Both the position numbers and the translations under genes were made by a program. Below the pieces are notes generated by a model, which ran no database searches, was not told the origin of the DNA, and saw only the letters and a program-made list of their open reading frames with translations. Below are positions 19,582 through 28,902 of a stretch of 64,000 bases of DNA, one piece after another; position 1 is the stretch's first letter; each line of letters starts with the position of its first letter. This DNA is from a virus, in the IMG/VR virus record IMGVR_UViG_3300033156_000392, positions 9,254-73,253 of that record; one strand, written 5' to 3'.

Positions 19582-20477
19582 TTTTTACTCCTCCTCAGAG
19601 GCTTGTACACGCTTTGGAGCCAGTTACTCTTCAAGGGTAACACACGTATCTTGTGGTGAGCCTTCCCAAGGTCGTTTTCTTTCGGAAAGAGAACCCATCT
19701 TGGTGTCCTAGCTATGTTCTGCATCTTCTCATAGACTCTAAGGAGTACTCTCCTGTCTCCTTTTCCGTTATTCTCCTTGATATAGTCTTTTATCTGGTGT
19801 TTAAGGTCTATGAAGAGTCTTCTTGCGTATAACCACTTGTTAACACCTCTGATCAGTAAAATCTCCCTTACTAGCTCCTCTTCCTCCGTACTGAGAGAAA
19901 AGAGATCGGATATGTCTCTCACGACCAGCTCGGGGTGGTTCTGGGCGTAGCTGTCTATGGTGGAGGGAGAGGCTCTCGACAGCTCGTCAAGAACTCTCTT
20001 TCTCCTGTAAACTATGCTTTCTATTTTCTTCTCTATCTCACTGTCTTCCTTCTTCAAGTCTTCTGAAGTGAGGATGAGAACGCTCAGACCGAGTCTTGAG
20101 AGCCATTTCTGCCTCCTTCTGTCTTTCTCCTCTGCGTCTCCAAGTCTATGCCATATCTTTGGTGAAACTTCTATCACGAGTCTCCAGTAGGGGAGAAGAA
20201 AGTCGAGAGAGTAGTATCCAGTCTGTTTCTCGTTCTGTATCTTGAAGTTGTGGTAGAAGTCCTCCCCTTCCACCAGACCCATTCTCTCTAGTATTCTCTT
20301 TATTCTCTTCTCCTCGGAGCTCCACTTCCCGTTCCGTTCGAAGCGGTGCATCACCTCCCCACACAGAACTCTGAAGTTTGCTCTCTTGATTCTCCCTTTC
20401 TTGACGTCTTCTATCACTCTCTTCTCCAGACGTCTGATTCTCTCTCTCAGCCTCTGAATCTCTTTTTCTTTCTTCAT
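19578..20477 (-). CDS. DUF559/Vsr-like endonuclease domain protein
   Basis: S.EE, Y.LDF, LVIEV...WH, D..R..WL...G..VL pattern. Confidence 0.78.
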   Translation of the reverse strand: MKKEKEIQRLRERIRRLEKRVIEDVKKGRIKRANFRVLCGEVMHRFERNGKWSSEEKRIKRILERMGLVEGEDFYHNFKIQNEKQTGYYSLDFLLPYWRLVIEVSPKIWHRLGDAEEKDRRRQKWLSRLGLSVLILTSEDLKKEDSEIEKKIESIVYRRKRVLDELSRASPSTIDSYAQNHPELVVRDISDLFSLSTEEEELVREILLIRGVNKWLYARRLFIDLKHQIKDYIKENNGKGDRRVLLRVYEKMQNIARTPRWVLFPKENDLGKAHHKIRVLPLKSNWLQSVYKPLRRSKK

Positions 20478-20605
20478 TCAGCCTTCACCCTCTTCACTCT
20501 CTCCTCTCTCGTCTTCCAGAATATCCTTCCCCCACAGTAGGGACATATGGGCTTCTCGAGCTTCTCGAACTTTCTCCAGCATCTTTCACACTTGTACACC
20601 TTCAT
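20474..20605 (-). CDS. rpoP: RNA polymerase subunit P (Rpo12/RPB12) homologue, 43 aa, not in ORF track
   Basis: MKVYKCERCWRKFEKLEKPICPYCGGRIFWKTREERVKRVKAE; GAGGAGG RBS; ATGA overlap with next gene. Confidence 0.8.
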   Translation of the reverse strand: MKVYKCERCWRKFEKLEKPICPYCGGRIFWKTREERVKRVKAE

Positions 20606-20624
20606 CCCTCCTCCTCACAGAAGT

Positions 20625-20645
20625 CTAAAAAAATAGTTACTTTAG
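20625..20645. repeat. 21-bp palindrome copy (degenerate)
   Basis: CTAAAAAAATAGTTACTTTAG, 3 mismatches to CTAAAATAACAGTTATTTTAG. Confidence 0.65.
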
Positions 20646-20756
20646 GAGTGTCTGTGTCACTTTTCATGAGTAACATTCTTCTGTTCTTGGACTTTGTCAC
20701 TTCGTCACTCTCCCAAGTTTCTTTTTTTTCACCCAGTTTTTAAGTCTAGTGATTGT

Positions 20757-20942
20757 TTATAAACTCTTGAAGAGTTCTCTGAGGTAGGAGAGCCTGAACC
20801 TCCGTTCCTTTCCACAGTGTGAGCAGTAGAGAAGAGTCGTCTTTCCGTTTCCTTCTTTCAGAGTCTCTTCTCTCGTCAGAATGTTGGTCGAGACTCTCAT
20901 GCATCTCTTGCATACCCACTTCAGAGCTATCATGTTTTTCAT
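20757..20942 (-). CDS. Small Zn-ribbon protein
   Basis: CKRC...CSHC. Confidence 0.55.
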   Translation of the reverse strand: MKNMIALKWVCKRCMRVSTNILTREETLKEGNGKTTLLYCSHCGKERRFRLSYLRELFKSL

Positions 20943-20944
20943 AT

Positions 20945-21334
20945 CTACTCCTCCCTTTTTCCTTTATCCGAGGACCAGAACGAAACGTACTTCCATCCTT
21001 TCTTCAGAAGCTTGGAGAGATTTACCTCCGTTTCCCACTTCAGCTCGACATCGTATCCGTATTTCTTGAAGATGTAGAGGACGAGATAGGGCTCTCTCAG
21101 CCACTCATCTCCGAGAGGCCAGAGATTGTCGGCTATGAGAAGAAGGGTCTTCAAGTCAGTCATAGTCAGATCCTTGTACTTCTTCTCCATCACGTCCAGT
21201 GCATCTTCGGAGGCTCTTTCGAAGGTGGAGAAGGAGTTCAGGACTCTCTCCCACTCTTCTTCCTCAATATGGATGTTTCCGAGATCCCATACCAGTTTCA
21301 GAGTGGGAACCAAGAGGTACTGATGAGTGCTCAT
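20945..21334 (-). CDS. Hypothetical protein
   Basis: Purine-rich coding strand, operon context. Confidence 0.55.
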   Translation of the reverse strand: MSTHQYLLVPTLKLVWDLGNIHIEEEEWERVLNSFSTFERASEDALDVMEKKYKDLTMTDLKTLLLIADNLWPLGDEWLREPYLVLYIFKKYGYDVELKWETEVNLSKLLKKGWKYVSFWSSDKGKREE

Positions 21335-21435
21335 GCTTCATGCACCTCGTCCTCAAAGGACGAACTCTGTTCTCTTGCTTCTGTCTTCTCCATCGGGTAA
21401 ACCTCTCCCAAGAGTAATAAAAGGGTTGTGGTTGT

Positions 21436-21996
21436 TTATAAACTGGGAAAGGACCATACGTCGGAATAACGGAGAAAGAGAGTCGTATAGTAGAGAGCGT
21501 CGTCCAGAGCTCTGTGTCTTCTTCCTTGCATCGGTACTTCTCGGTAGACAACACTGTTTATTTCTCTCGGTCTTACTCCTCTTGACGAGGCCAGCTGGTG
21601 CTTCAGACTTATGTGTCTATCCAAGAGGCGAAGAATGGATCCCTCATATCCTTTCATCTTTGCTTCTCGGAGAATTTGTTTCTTGTCATAGAAGCCCCAA
21701 GAGCACATGACGGTTTTCTCTTTCCCTATCCATTTCTCGAACTCTTGCATGGCCTCGTGGAATACTTTTCCTCCGTCCACGTCCTTCTGCTCTATGCCAG
21801 TGAGCCTAGTGCAGTACTCGGAAAGTACCGGATTGAGAACTGGTCTGACTAGGAGATTGAAGGTGTCCGCTCGCTCTGGTGGAGAGCCCAGCACTCTCAC
21901 GGCTCCTATCTCTATGATTTCGCTGCTGTGCCTTTGTTTTTCTTTATCCGCCCAGCACGTCGCCTCCAGATCGAATATTATGTACTGTGTCATCAT
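21436..21996 (-). CDS. DEDDh 3'-5' exonuclease (ERI1/KapD-like)
   Basis: FDLEATC, EIIEIGAV, WG.YD, HRALDDA. Confidence 0.9.
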   Translation of the reverse strand: MMTQYIIFDLEATCWADKEKQRHSSEIIEIGAVRVLGSPPERADTFNLLVRPVLNPVLSEYCTRLTGIEQKDVDGGKVFHEAMQEFEKWIGKEKTVMCSWGFYDKKQILREAKMKGYEGSILRLLDRHISLKHQLASSRGVRPREINSVVYREVPMQGRRHRALDDALYYTTLFLRYSDVWSFPSL

Positions 21997-22243
21997 ATCA
22001 CCTTTTGGTTCGGACCTGTATAAAACAGTGTCTGAAGATTTATAAACTTCTCTCTTTTTCTCTTCTAAGGAGAGAGGCTATCCTGTCGCAGATAGTACAG
22101 GGCAGGAGTCCTCTCTTTTTCCCTTCCTTGTTCAGAGACTCGTATCCGTGCTCAATGAGAGCGGCCATGTGAGAGAATTCTACCGAGTCAAGCTTCAGGA
22201 CGTAGTTCCCGAACAGAGTTCTTTTTATCTTCATGTCCTCACT

Positions 22244-22606
22244 TCAAGACTTTTTCTTGCCTCCCTCATACTTGAGTCTTAGAAGAGCGTTGGTCAGCTG
22301 GAAAACTATTCTGTTTCTCTCCTTCCAGCTCTCAGAGAGGAGAAGGAGTTCGAGAAGCTCGTGCACCAGGACTCTCTCGTTTGACGCCCCCACGATAAAG
22401 TGTCTCTCGTTCACTCCCTCTCTGACGTACCCCTCCCAGCCCTCTGTTCTCTCAAGCTCCACTCCGAGATCACAGAGCCCGAGTCTGTGCTGCCACTCCT
22501 CAAGGAGATACATGAGCTCCTCCATCGTCACTTCTCCCTCGCTCTTCTTGCACCACTCAGGCTTGTTACTCTTGATGAGTAACTTTCTCTTTTTGGCTCT
22601 ACTCAT
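22244..22606 (-). CDS. Hypothetical protein with degenerate zincin-like motif
   Basis: EWQHRLGL...VLVHELLE (second His of HExxH replaced). Confidence 0.45.
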   Translation of the reverse strand: MSRAKKRKLLIKSNKPEWCKKSEGEVTMEELMYLLEEWQHRLGLCDLGVELERTEGWEGYVREGVNERHFIVGASNERVLVHELLELLLLSESWKERNRIVFQLTNALLRLKYEGGKKKS

Positions 22607-23042
22607 GCTCCTCTCCTCTCTTCTTCTTTTTCAGACGAACTATCTTTGAGGCTATCAGGTAGACTATGGCCGCCTTGTGCTGTATCTCTTTCTCTTCCGG
22701 CTTCCTTGGATAGCAGGTGCCCATGACGTACAGAGCACTGGCGTACGCCACTATCTTGGAGAGACCCTTAACTTTTTTCTCACTTATCTCTAAACATCTC
22801 TTGAAGAGATCTATGTTCCCTAGATAGTACAGGTTCTTTCTCTTTCTCTTGATCTCTCCCTCTCTGACCATGTCTTCCAAGAGAGTCCCGAAGTACTGAC
22901 ACTCTCTGTCACCACATATCCAGCACTTTCTCTTTCTCACTTTCTCACCAGCTTGTTCCAGAACCTCTTTCCGACCTTCTTCAGGAGTCTGGCCGAGGGC
23001 TTCTTTCTCGAGACGGAGACGTATCCGTTGTACCAGCCCCAC
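22599..23042 (-). CDS. Hypothetical protein; true start probably internal
   Basis: CWIC..C motif; 5' part overlaps 22937..23119. Confidence 0.45.
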   Translation of the reverse strand: MGLVQRIRLRLEKEALGQTPEEGRKEVLEQAGEKVRKRKCWICGDRECQYFGTLLEDMVREGEIKRKRKNLYYLGNIDLFKRCLEISEKKVKGLSKIVAYASALYVMGTCYPRKPEEKEIQHKAAIVYLIASKIVRLKKKKRGEEHE

Positions 23043-23115
23043 AGGTACGTCTCTAGCAGTGTCTTGTCAATAGTGAGGAGAAGGATGGCTAGCTCTTTCT
23101 CTTCCCCGCTCTTTC

Positions 23116-23421
23116 TCATGCAGAGAGCACCTCCATCTTCTTGTTTCTCTCTCTGCAGTACCTTCTCAGCTCTCTCAGATAGTACGACTTGATGTCTTTC
23201 TCGATCCTTATGATCTCATCCTCCACGAAGTGAACACCCCTGACCGTGAGCACCATGAGAGTTCTGGTGTACGAGAGCTTTCTCGGTCCTCTGAACCTGG
23301 CTCTGAAGGAAACGTTTCTATTTTCCTTCTTCTCCAGGTAGGACTTTAGCTTCTTCTTGAAAGTCTTGAAGAAGCCTTTTGGACCGTACTTCATGTACAG
23401 ATACACGTCTACGACAAACAC
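23116..23421 (-). CDS. Hypothetical basic protein
   Basis: Tight operon packing. Confidence 0.5.
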   Translation of the reverse strand: MFVVDVYLYMKYGPKGFFKTFKKKLKSYLEKKENRNVSFRARFRGPRKLSYTRTLMVLTVRGVHFVEDEIIRIEKDIKSYYLRELRRYCRERNKKMEVLSA

Positions 23422-23423
23422 TC

Positions 23424-23849
23424 TCAGACCTCCAGAACCGTCACTCTGTCAACGAAGAGGCGACAGGAGAGAGGAGTCGTGAAAGATCTCTTCCTTCTTC
23501 CCGTATAGACGTCCAGTGGGTGCAGGAGTTTCTCTAACATTCTCTCTCCCTCTGGGAGGACGTTTCTCTTCTCCTTCACTATCTTCATGGTGTATCCGTT
23601 GTTGACACTCGCCGTAACTAGGTAGGCAGTTCTGCAAGGAAGATCGAAGTCGATGCATACGTTCAGATAGGAAGTGGTATCGAAAGAAACTGACTTGTTC
23701 TCTCTCAGGAGAGAGCTGTACGCCTTGCTCTTCTCTCTTATCCACTTCTCTCTAGCAGTCTTAGAGCCTATCAAGAAGTAGTACTCCGCCTTGCCGTTGA
23801 CCGTCACAGTCACCAGAGAGTACTCACCCTTCTCCAATCTTCTGGTCAT
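23424..23849 (-). CDS. Hypothetical protein
   Basis: Tight operon packing, RBS. Confidence 0.55.
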   Translation of the reverse strand: MTRRLEKGEYSLVTVTVNGKAEYYFLIGSKTAREKWIREKSKAYSSLLRENKSVSFDTTSYLNVCIDFDLPCRTAYLVTASVNNGYTMKIVKEKRNVLPEGERMLEKLLHPLDVYTGRRKRSFTTPLSCRLFVDRVTVLEV

Positions 23850-24183
23850 GCAGCTCCCCCTTTCCGTGCCTTTCTCTCTTATGCTCTCTCACTTCCTCCC
23901 ATGTTAAGAATTCTTTCCCACACTCTCCACATACAAAGACGCTCTCTATGTGGAGCTTCAGAAGGTAGATGAAGTAGAGAAAGGTGAGAAGGATGAGAAA
24001 GAGAAAAGAGAATCCTAGTACGTACGCACCATTCCCGAGCATGAAGCAAGAAGCGATAAGTGAAAGGGCAAGTCCTATCGAATAGAAGAACTGAAGGCAC
24101 TTCATGGGGTTTAGGATGTGGAGAAAGTCTTTTTTAAAACCTTTCCACAGCCACTTCCAGAATCCTCTCTCCATGCTACTCAC
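23824..24183 (-). CDS. Two-TM membrane protein with C-terminal C2H2 zinc finger
   Basis: Two hydrophobic helices then CGECGKEF......REHKRERH. Confidence 0.65.
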   Translation of the reverse strand: MSSMERGFWKWLWKGFKKDFLHILNPMKCLQFFYSIGLALSLIASCFMLGNGAYVLGFSFLFLILLTFLYFIYLLKLHIESVFVCGECGKEFLTWEEVREHKRERHGKGELHDQKIGEG

Positions 24184-24583
24184 CTCCTTTCTTTGAAGTC
24201 TGGTTTCGTGACTTCTTTGCTCTCTCGCTCTTCTCTCTCACTTTCAGGAGTTCTCTGAGCATGAGCTTCCATACTTCGCAGAGAATGTAGAATTTCTTTA
24301 TAAACAGTCTTTTTACGACAGAAGCTTTCTCACTGTATCCGATCACGTACACCTTTCCGTTCTTCTCTCGATAGAAGCCGACAAAGAAGATTTCCTCCGG
24401 CTCGAGAGTGACTCTGAACGTCATTTCCTTCCCTCGATCACTGACATGTGAGCATACTTTCTTCTTTCTATTGACTCTAACTTTCGATCTCTTGGTGTTT
24501 CTCCCACTTCTTTCTGGTGGACAGATTGTAGCGGGGAGAGGACAGGACTTCTTCTTGCATCCTTTACATCTTGAGTGTATCAT
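24176..24583 (-). CDS. Hypothetical basic Cys-rich protein
   Basis: GAGGTGA RBS; CKGC...C...C. Confidence 0.5.
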   Translation of the reverse strand: MIHSRCKGCKKKSCPLPATICPPERSGRNTKRSKVRVNRKKKVCSHVSDRGKEMTFRVTLEPEEIFFVGFYREKNGKVYVIGYSEKASVVKRLFIKKFYILCEVWKLMLRELLKVREKSERAKKSRNQTSKKGGE

Positions 24584-24770
24584 TCGTTCACCTCTCTCAG
24601 CTTCTCAGCAGCTTTGCATAGCAGAAAGACTAGTGCGAAAACCGGGAGGAAGAAGTAGTATACGAAAGTCTCCCACTTTGAAGGATAGTATACTCTGAAA
24701 GGATGGTCTACGGCCAACAGACCAGCTAGGAAGTATGCCACAAGACCAGTGACGATCCAGTCGATCCAGC

Positions 24771-25079
24771 TCACACGTTCACCTCCTCATTTTCTTGAAT
24801 GAATTTCTGAATCTTCTTATGACTCTTCATTCGCTTCCAGTGTTTTTCAAGAACTTCAAGAATTTTCGAGGCAAGATTGGCACTTCTCATATCTTTTGTT
24901 AATAAAGCGGTCGCCTGAAGTTGGGCGTAAATCAAATTCAACTCATGTAAGTTCAGTTCAATTCTCACAGTAGTTTGTTTCTGCTCATTCTCAAATTCAG
25001 ATAGAAGTTTTGCATACTCCTTGCCTAACTGAAACTCTTTTTGAATTTGTTTCCAATCTTCAAGATTTATTCCATTCAC
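24771..25079 (-). CDS. Hypothetical protein in AT-richer cassette
   Basis: GGAGGTGA RBS; codon usage differs from neighbours. Confidence 0.55.
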   Translation of the reverse strand: MNGINLEDWKQIQKEFQLGKEYAKLLSEFENEQKQTTVRIELNLHELNLIYAQLQATALLTKDMRSANLASKILEVLEKHWKRMKSHKKIQKFIQENEEVNV

Positions 25080-25245
25080 CCGCTCACCTCCTCATCTTCC
25101 ATCATTTGTTCAATTTCATCTTCACTGAAAGTCGTTCGGCATCGAGGACAAATTCCTCTGCCACTCGGAAGTTGCTCGATGTATGAATTTTGGCAGTTGG
25201 GACAGATTAGAGTTAATTCAGCCATCACCGCTCACCTCCTCATCT
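25080..25245. repeat. 18-bp direct repeat at consecutive gene junctions
   Basis: CCGCTCACCTCCTCATCT at 25080-25097 and 25228-25245. Confidence 0.8.
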
Positions 25246-25565
25246 CCTAACCTTTCCACAACTTCAACTATGAAAAACGGAACTGTTTTGTAGTGGCTTC
25301 TGAAAAATGCTTCAGCACAAAGCTTTGCGTCGTCCAAATTATCATACGCTCCTATCAGTTCTAAAGAGGTGCATTTTGAACAAGTTTCTTTGACAACCCA
25401 ATATTTCCGTTTTATGAGTTCACTCACGACGGTTCACCTCTTCGTAGTCCATACACTCACCTTCGTCGTTTATAGTAATTACACGTTTCTCACAGAATTT
25501 CCTCTCTCCAGTGAGTGATAGAGCAGTTCTGTGTACACACTTTTCTCGATAGCATCTGATACTCG

Positions 25566-26087
25566 TCATTTCTCAACCTCCACTACCTTTACCTTGTCAG
25601 CCCAATCAAGACACATCCCCATCTTGAAGGCTTCTTCGAGAATCTTCTGAATAGTCGCTGGAGCAACAAAGCTCATGAAGATCCTGAACTTCTCCTCATC
25701 GGAGCGTAGGAACTTGTCAGTGAACTGTCTCGCCTCTATCTCCAGCTGTCTGACGTAGGATGTGGAGTATCTTCCCTTTCGTTCTTTTCTCTCTGTCCTC
25801 TTGACTTCGTGGATGTAGCCCCAGTCGCTCTCTCTCATACCGAGTTCTCGGATAGCCTCTTTCCATTCTCTCAAAGACTTGAAACCGGAGTCTTTCACGA
25901 ACAGATGGAGCATAGAGGGACTTGCCTCCGTCCTCCAAACGACCTCGATGTCACATATCTTTTTCCCTCCTCTCCTGTCAGTCGCCCAGTCTCTTCCGTA
26001 CTTGTGGGGCTTCTTTCTGAACGTGTAGACCACACCCTTCTCGAGGAGCTGTCTTCTGGCTTTCTCGTTCTGGAATATCATCACCAT
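25566..26087 (-). CDS. ASCH/PUA-like domain protein
   Basis: G...T.R near N-terminus and SGFKSL.EW motif. Confidence 0.6.
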   Translation of the reverse strand: MVMIFQNEKARRQLLEKGVVYTFRKKPHKYGRDWATDRRGGKKICDIEVVWRTEASPSMLHLFVKDSGFKSLREWKEAIRELGMRESDWGYIHEVKRTERKERKGRYSTSYVRQLEIEARQFTDKFLRSDEEKFRIFMSFVAPATIQKILEEAFKMGMCLDWADKVKVVEVEK

Positions 26088-26310
26088 TTGTCACTACCTC
26101 CTCTCACCGATCACGACTGTTATTTCTTCACCGTTCTTTACTGGAAAGTTGTTCTTTTCCACGAAGGCAGTCCATTCCTTCGTTTCTTTCGACCAAAAGA
26201 AGTTCACAAGTCTCTTTGCCAGTTCCTTCCTGTATTCAATCGGTATTCTCCCACTGAACTCGAGAACCACTTTTATTTGAAGCTTATTGTGATCCATGAG
26301 AGTACCTCCT

Positions 26311-26496
26311 TCAATCAACTCCGAGGAGTGACTTTAGTACCTGGAAGAGAATTACTATCGTCTCGTCTCTGTCTATCTCCACACTCGTTCTCTCTCCTTC
26401 GTCTTTCAGTACGATGGAGTAGCAGATTCCTCTCTCCGGTCCTCCATAGAAGCGGTGTATTTCTATTTTGTCGGTATCGTACACCTTCATCTTCAT
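26311..26496 (-). CDS. Small protein, paralogue of 27779..27982
   Basis: KIEIHRFYGGPERGICYS vs KITIKRFWGGIQRGTCYS. Confidence 0.7.
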   Translation of the reverse strand: MKMKVYDTDKIEIHRFYGGPERGICYSIVLKDEGERTSVEIDRDETIVILFQVLKSLLGVD

Positions 26497-26638
26497 CAGA
26501 CTCTATTACTCACATGGTTTTATAAGCGTATTCAAAGTTTATAAACAAGGAGAAGTGTTATAAGGCGTTATGCTTTCTTTCTCTCTCCCCTGAAAAGTAT
26601 TTAAGGACTGAATCAAGAAGTTAGAGAGGTGAGTACAA

Positions 26639-26944
26639 GTGCCAAAGAACGACATTCTCGCCTGGGACAGAAAGTCTGGAGCGGGAAGCATAACGGCTTC
26701 TGTGAACTGCTTGGACGTCACCAACAACCGAGTCTTTCCCCATCTTGAGGTCTTTGTAGCTTCTACCACGGCTAACGACTTCTACGTCGAGTGCTCCACC
26801 GACAACAGTGTCTGGAGACTGGCTGAGACCATATCTGTGTCTGGTACGTCTGAGATGAGAGGATACTTGAACGCCTACCCGTTCGTAAGAGTCAGATCTG
26901 GGAGTCAGGGAACCAACGAGGTGGAAGTCGTAGCCTCGGGGTGA
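26639..26944 (+). CDS. Beta-sandwich virion-like protein
   Basis: GAGGTGA RBS; VE.S.D...W and YPFVRVR pattern; S/T/V-rich. Confidence 0.6.
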   Translation: MPKNDILAWDRKSGAGSITASVNCLDVTNNRVFPHLEVFVASTTANDFYVECSTDNSVWRLAETISVSGTSEMRGYLNAYPFVRVRSGSQGTNEVEVVASG

Positions 26945-26948
26945 TGCT

Positions 26949-27323
26949 TTGCCGTTTAGCTTCATAAGGAGAAGAGGAGACAAGATAGTGGGACAGATAG
27001 AGATGGTCACCACTGACCCAGTGATACAGATGACGAACGATGACGGAGTCTCTGGTGGCATAGCAGTCACCTCTGAAGGGTTCAACATGAGCTCTGGAGA
27101 CACTTCTGTCCAAGTCTCTGAAGATGGTCCAGTCCTGCTCACTCCCGCTCCAAGTTATGGGATCAAGTTCGACACGTCTGGTACTATGCCGACTGCTGAA
27201 GAAACGTACAGAGGGCAGCTCTTCATAGTCTACGATGACCAGCCTGAGGGAAAAGACAGAGTGTACATTTGCCTGAAGTCTGCATCTGACAACTTCAACT
27301 GGGTCGAGATAGCAAGAGGATAG
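26949..27323 (+). CDS. Tail-fibre-like protein
   Basis: C-terminal D.VYICLKS..DNFNWVEI motif. Confidence 0.55.
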   Translation: MPFSFIRRRGDKIVGQIEMVTTDPVIQMTNDDGVSGGIAVTSEGFNMSSGDTSVQVSEDGPVLLTPAPSYGIKFDTSGTMPTAEETYRGQLFIVYDDQPEGKDRVYICLKSASDNFNWVEIARG

Positions 27324-27334
27324 GAGGTGTTAGG

Positions 27335-27601
27335 ATGGGTGTTACTCCTAAAGGATTCAGGACTCCTGACGAGAAGGTCATCATAGAGGACGGTAAAGTC
27401 CTGAGTAGGGGTGTACAGGTCAAGGACGAGGCTGAAGTGACTGTCTTTGAAGTAACGGGAGAAGGAAGTGTTTTCCATGGTAAGTCCAAGCATGAGCAAG
27501 ATCCCTCGGTACTCGGTGGAATCGTCATGTACTCACCGACGAAGAAGTGGAGACTTACGGTTTCCGATACTGGACAGATCGTCACGACTCAAATCGAGTA
27601 G
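27335..27601 (+). CDS. Tail-fibre-like small protein
   Basis: C-terminal GIVMYSP.KKWRLTVSDTGQI motif. Confidence 0.55.
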   Translation: MGVTPKGFRTPDEKVIIEDGKVLSRGVQVKDEAEVTVFEVTGEGSVFHGKSKHEQDPSVLGGIVMYSPTKKWRLTVSDTGQIVTTQIE

Positions 27602-27604
27602 GAG

Positions 27605-27793
27605 GTGAGTGAAGTGCCTGACATGGTTGAGAGGACTGGTGGAGAAACATGGGGAAAGAAAGACGTCACCCTCAATGAGGGACAGACCATAGAAATCCGT
27701 GTCGACGGAGTAGCTACAATCACCGCTACTGTCCCTACAGGGAAGAAGTTTGTCGGAACCTACGGCTACTGGGGCGTCCTAGCTTCTCTCTGA
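27605..27793 (+). CDS. Small beta-rich protein
   Basis: GGAGGTG RBS; last gene of the + strand island. Confidence 0.55.
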   Translation: MSEVPDMVERTGGETWGKKDVTLNEGQTIEIRVDGVATITATVPTGKKFVGTYGYWGVLASL

Positions 27794-27982
27794 GCCCTTC
27801 AGTCCCTCCGTCCAGTTCAGCTCGTGCAACAATCTTAGGACAATCTGGAACAGCTCATCCTTTCTGAACTCTGTGTATCTTCTCGAGTCCTTCACCGTCA
27901 GAGAGTAGCATGTTCCTCTCTGTATGCCTCCCCAGAAACGCTTTATTGTTATTTTCTCGTTATCTATGATTTCTGTTCCCAT
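27779..27982 (-). CDS. Small protein, paralogue of 26311..26496
   Basis: RFWGG..RG.CYS motif; GGAGGTG RBS. Confidence 0.7.
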   Translation of the reverse strand: MGTEIIDNEKITIKRFWGGIQRGTCYSLTVKDSRRYTEFRKDELFQIVLRLLHELNWTEGLKGSERS

Positions 27983-28004
27983 GCTCTACACCTCCTTCTT
28001 TTTT

Positions 28005-28487
28005 TTATCTCTCCACTTTCAGCTTCTCAGCCACACTTTTCTTTTCGGTGGAGAGAAAGACCAAGATCATTCCGAAGACCGATCCAGCCATTGAAGCCAT
28101 TCCTAGGTCCACCCCTCCCACCCAGAAGTGAATTCCCTCCAGTATCCCGTACGCCAGCTGAGTTCCAAGCCAGTACAGGCATGCCAGTCTTGCGTAGTAG
28201 TCCGGAGCCTCGTCAAGCCACCACAGGTAGAAATACAGGAAGAGAAGGAAGCATCCAAGACCTCCTATAAATGCTACTGCCACCAGTGTCGCTCCTGAGA
28301 GTCCGTCTATGACCGTGTATCCGGAGAAGAAGAGATACTTCACCTCTGCAGTTCCTCCAAGGGCTCTTGTTAGAGTTGCGTGTCCGTACTCATGGAAAGC
28401 TACAGTGACCATGGAGAAGACCAGAAACGCAGTGAGGAAATCGACAAGGTGAATTATTCGCTCTTTGTTCTTCTTGCTGAGTTTCAT
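28005..28487 (-). CDS. Membrane zinc metalloprotease-like protein (M50-like)
   Basis: HEYGH next to a TM helix; four hydrophobic segments. Confidence 0.65.
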   Translation of the reverse strand: MKLSKKNKERIIHLVDFLTAFLVFSMVTVAFHEYGHATLTRALGGTAEVKYLFFSGYTVIDGLSGATLVAVAFIGGLGCFLLFLYFYLWWLDEAPDYYARLACLYWLGTQLAYGILEGIHFWVGGVDLGMASMAGSVFGMILVFLSTEKKSVAEKLKVER

Positions 28488-28902
28488 AACATCACCTCTC
28501 GGTAGCTACTCTTCTCTTTCTCTTATAAGAGCTATGATTGTTTATAAACTTCTCGTACTGCTTGGCTGTCCAGCATGCTCCGCAGAGAGGACCTTTCTCG
28601 TCTCTGAAGGCATAGACGCCTCCCGGAAGGTCGGAGTGGCACTTATTACACTTGTATCCTGTCACAATGCACCCCATCCCTTTCTCTCCATCTCTCTGAG
28701 AGCTATTCTCAGACACTTCCTGCACTCCTTCTCGTCACCGTTCGCCAGTGCCTCTATCGACCAAGCCAGCCACTCTATGCTCTCGGAGTACCAGTCCTTG
28801 TCAGCGACTCTCTCTGGGTCAGAGAGTCTTGCTATGAGTCTTGCCAGACCAGCTATCAGCTCTCTTCTCTCCCTGTCAGAGTGTAGCTTCATCCTCCTCT
28901 CC

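Noticed and set aside
24296-24305. CTTTATAAAC as a promoter site
   Set aside because: Inside a CDS with no TATA at the expected distance on either side
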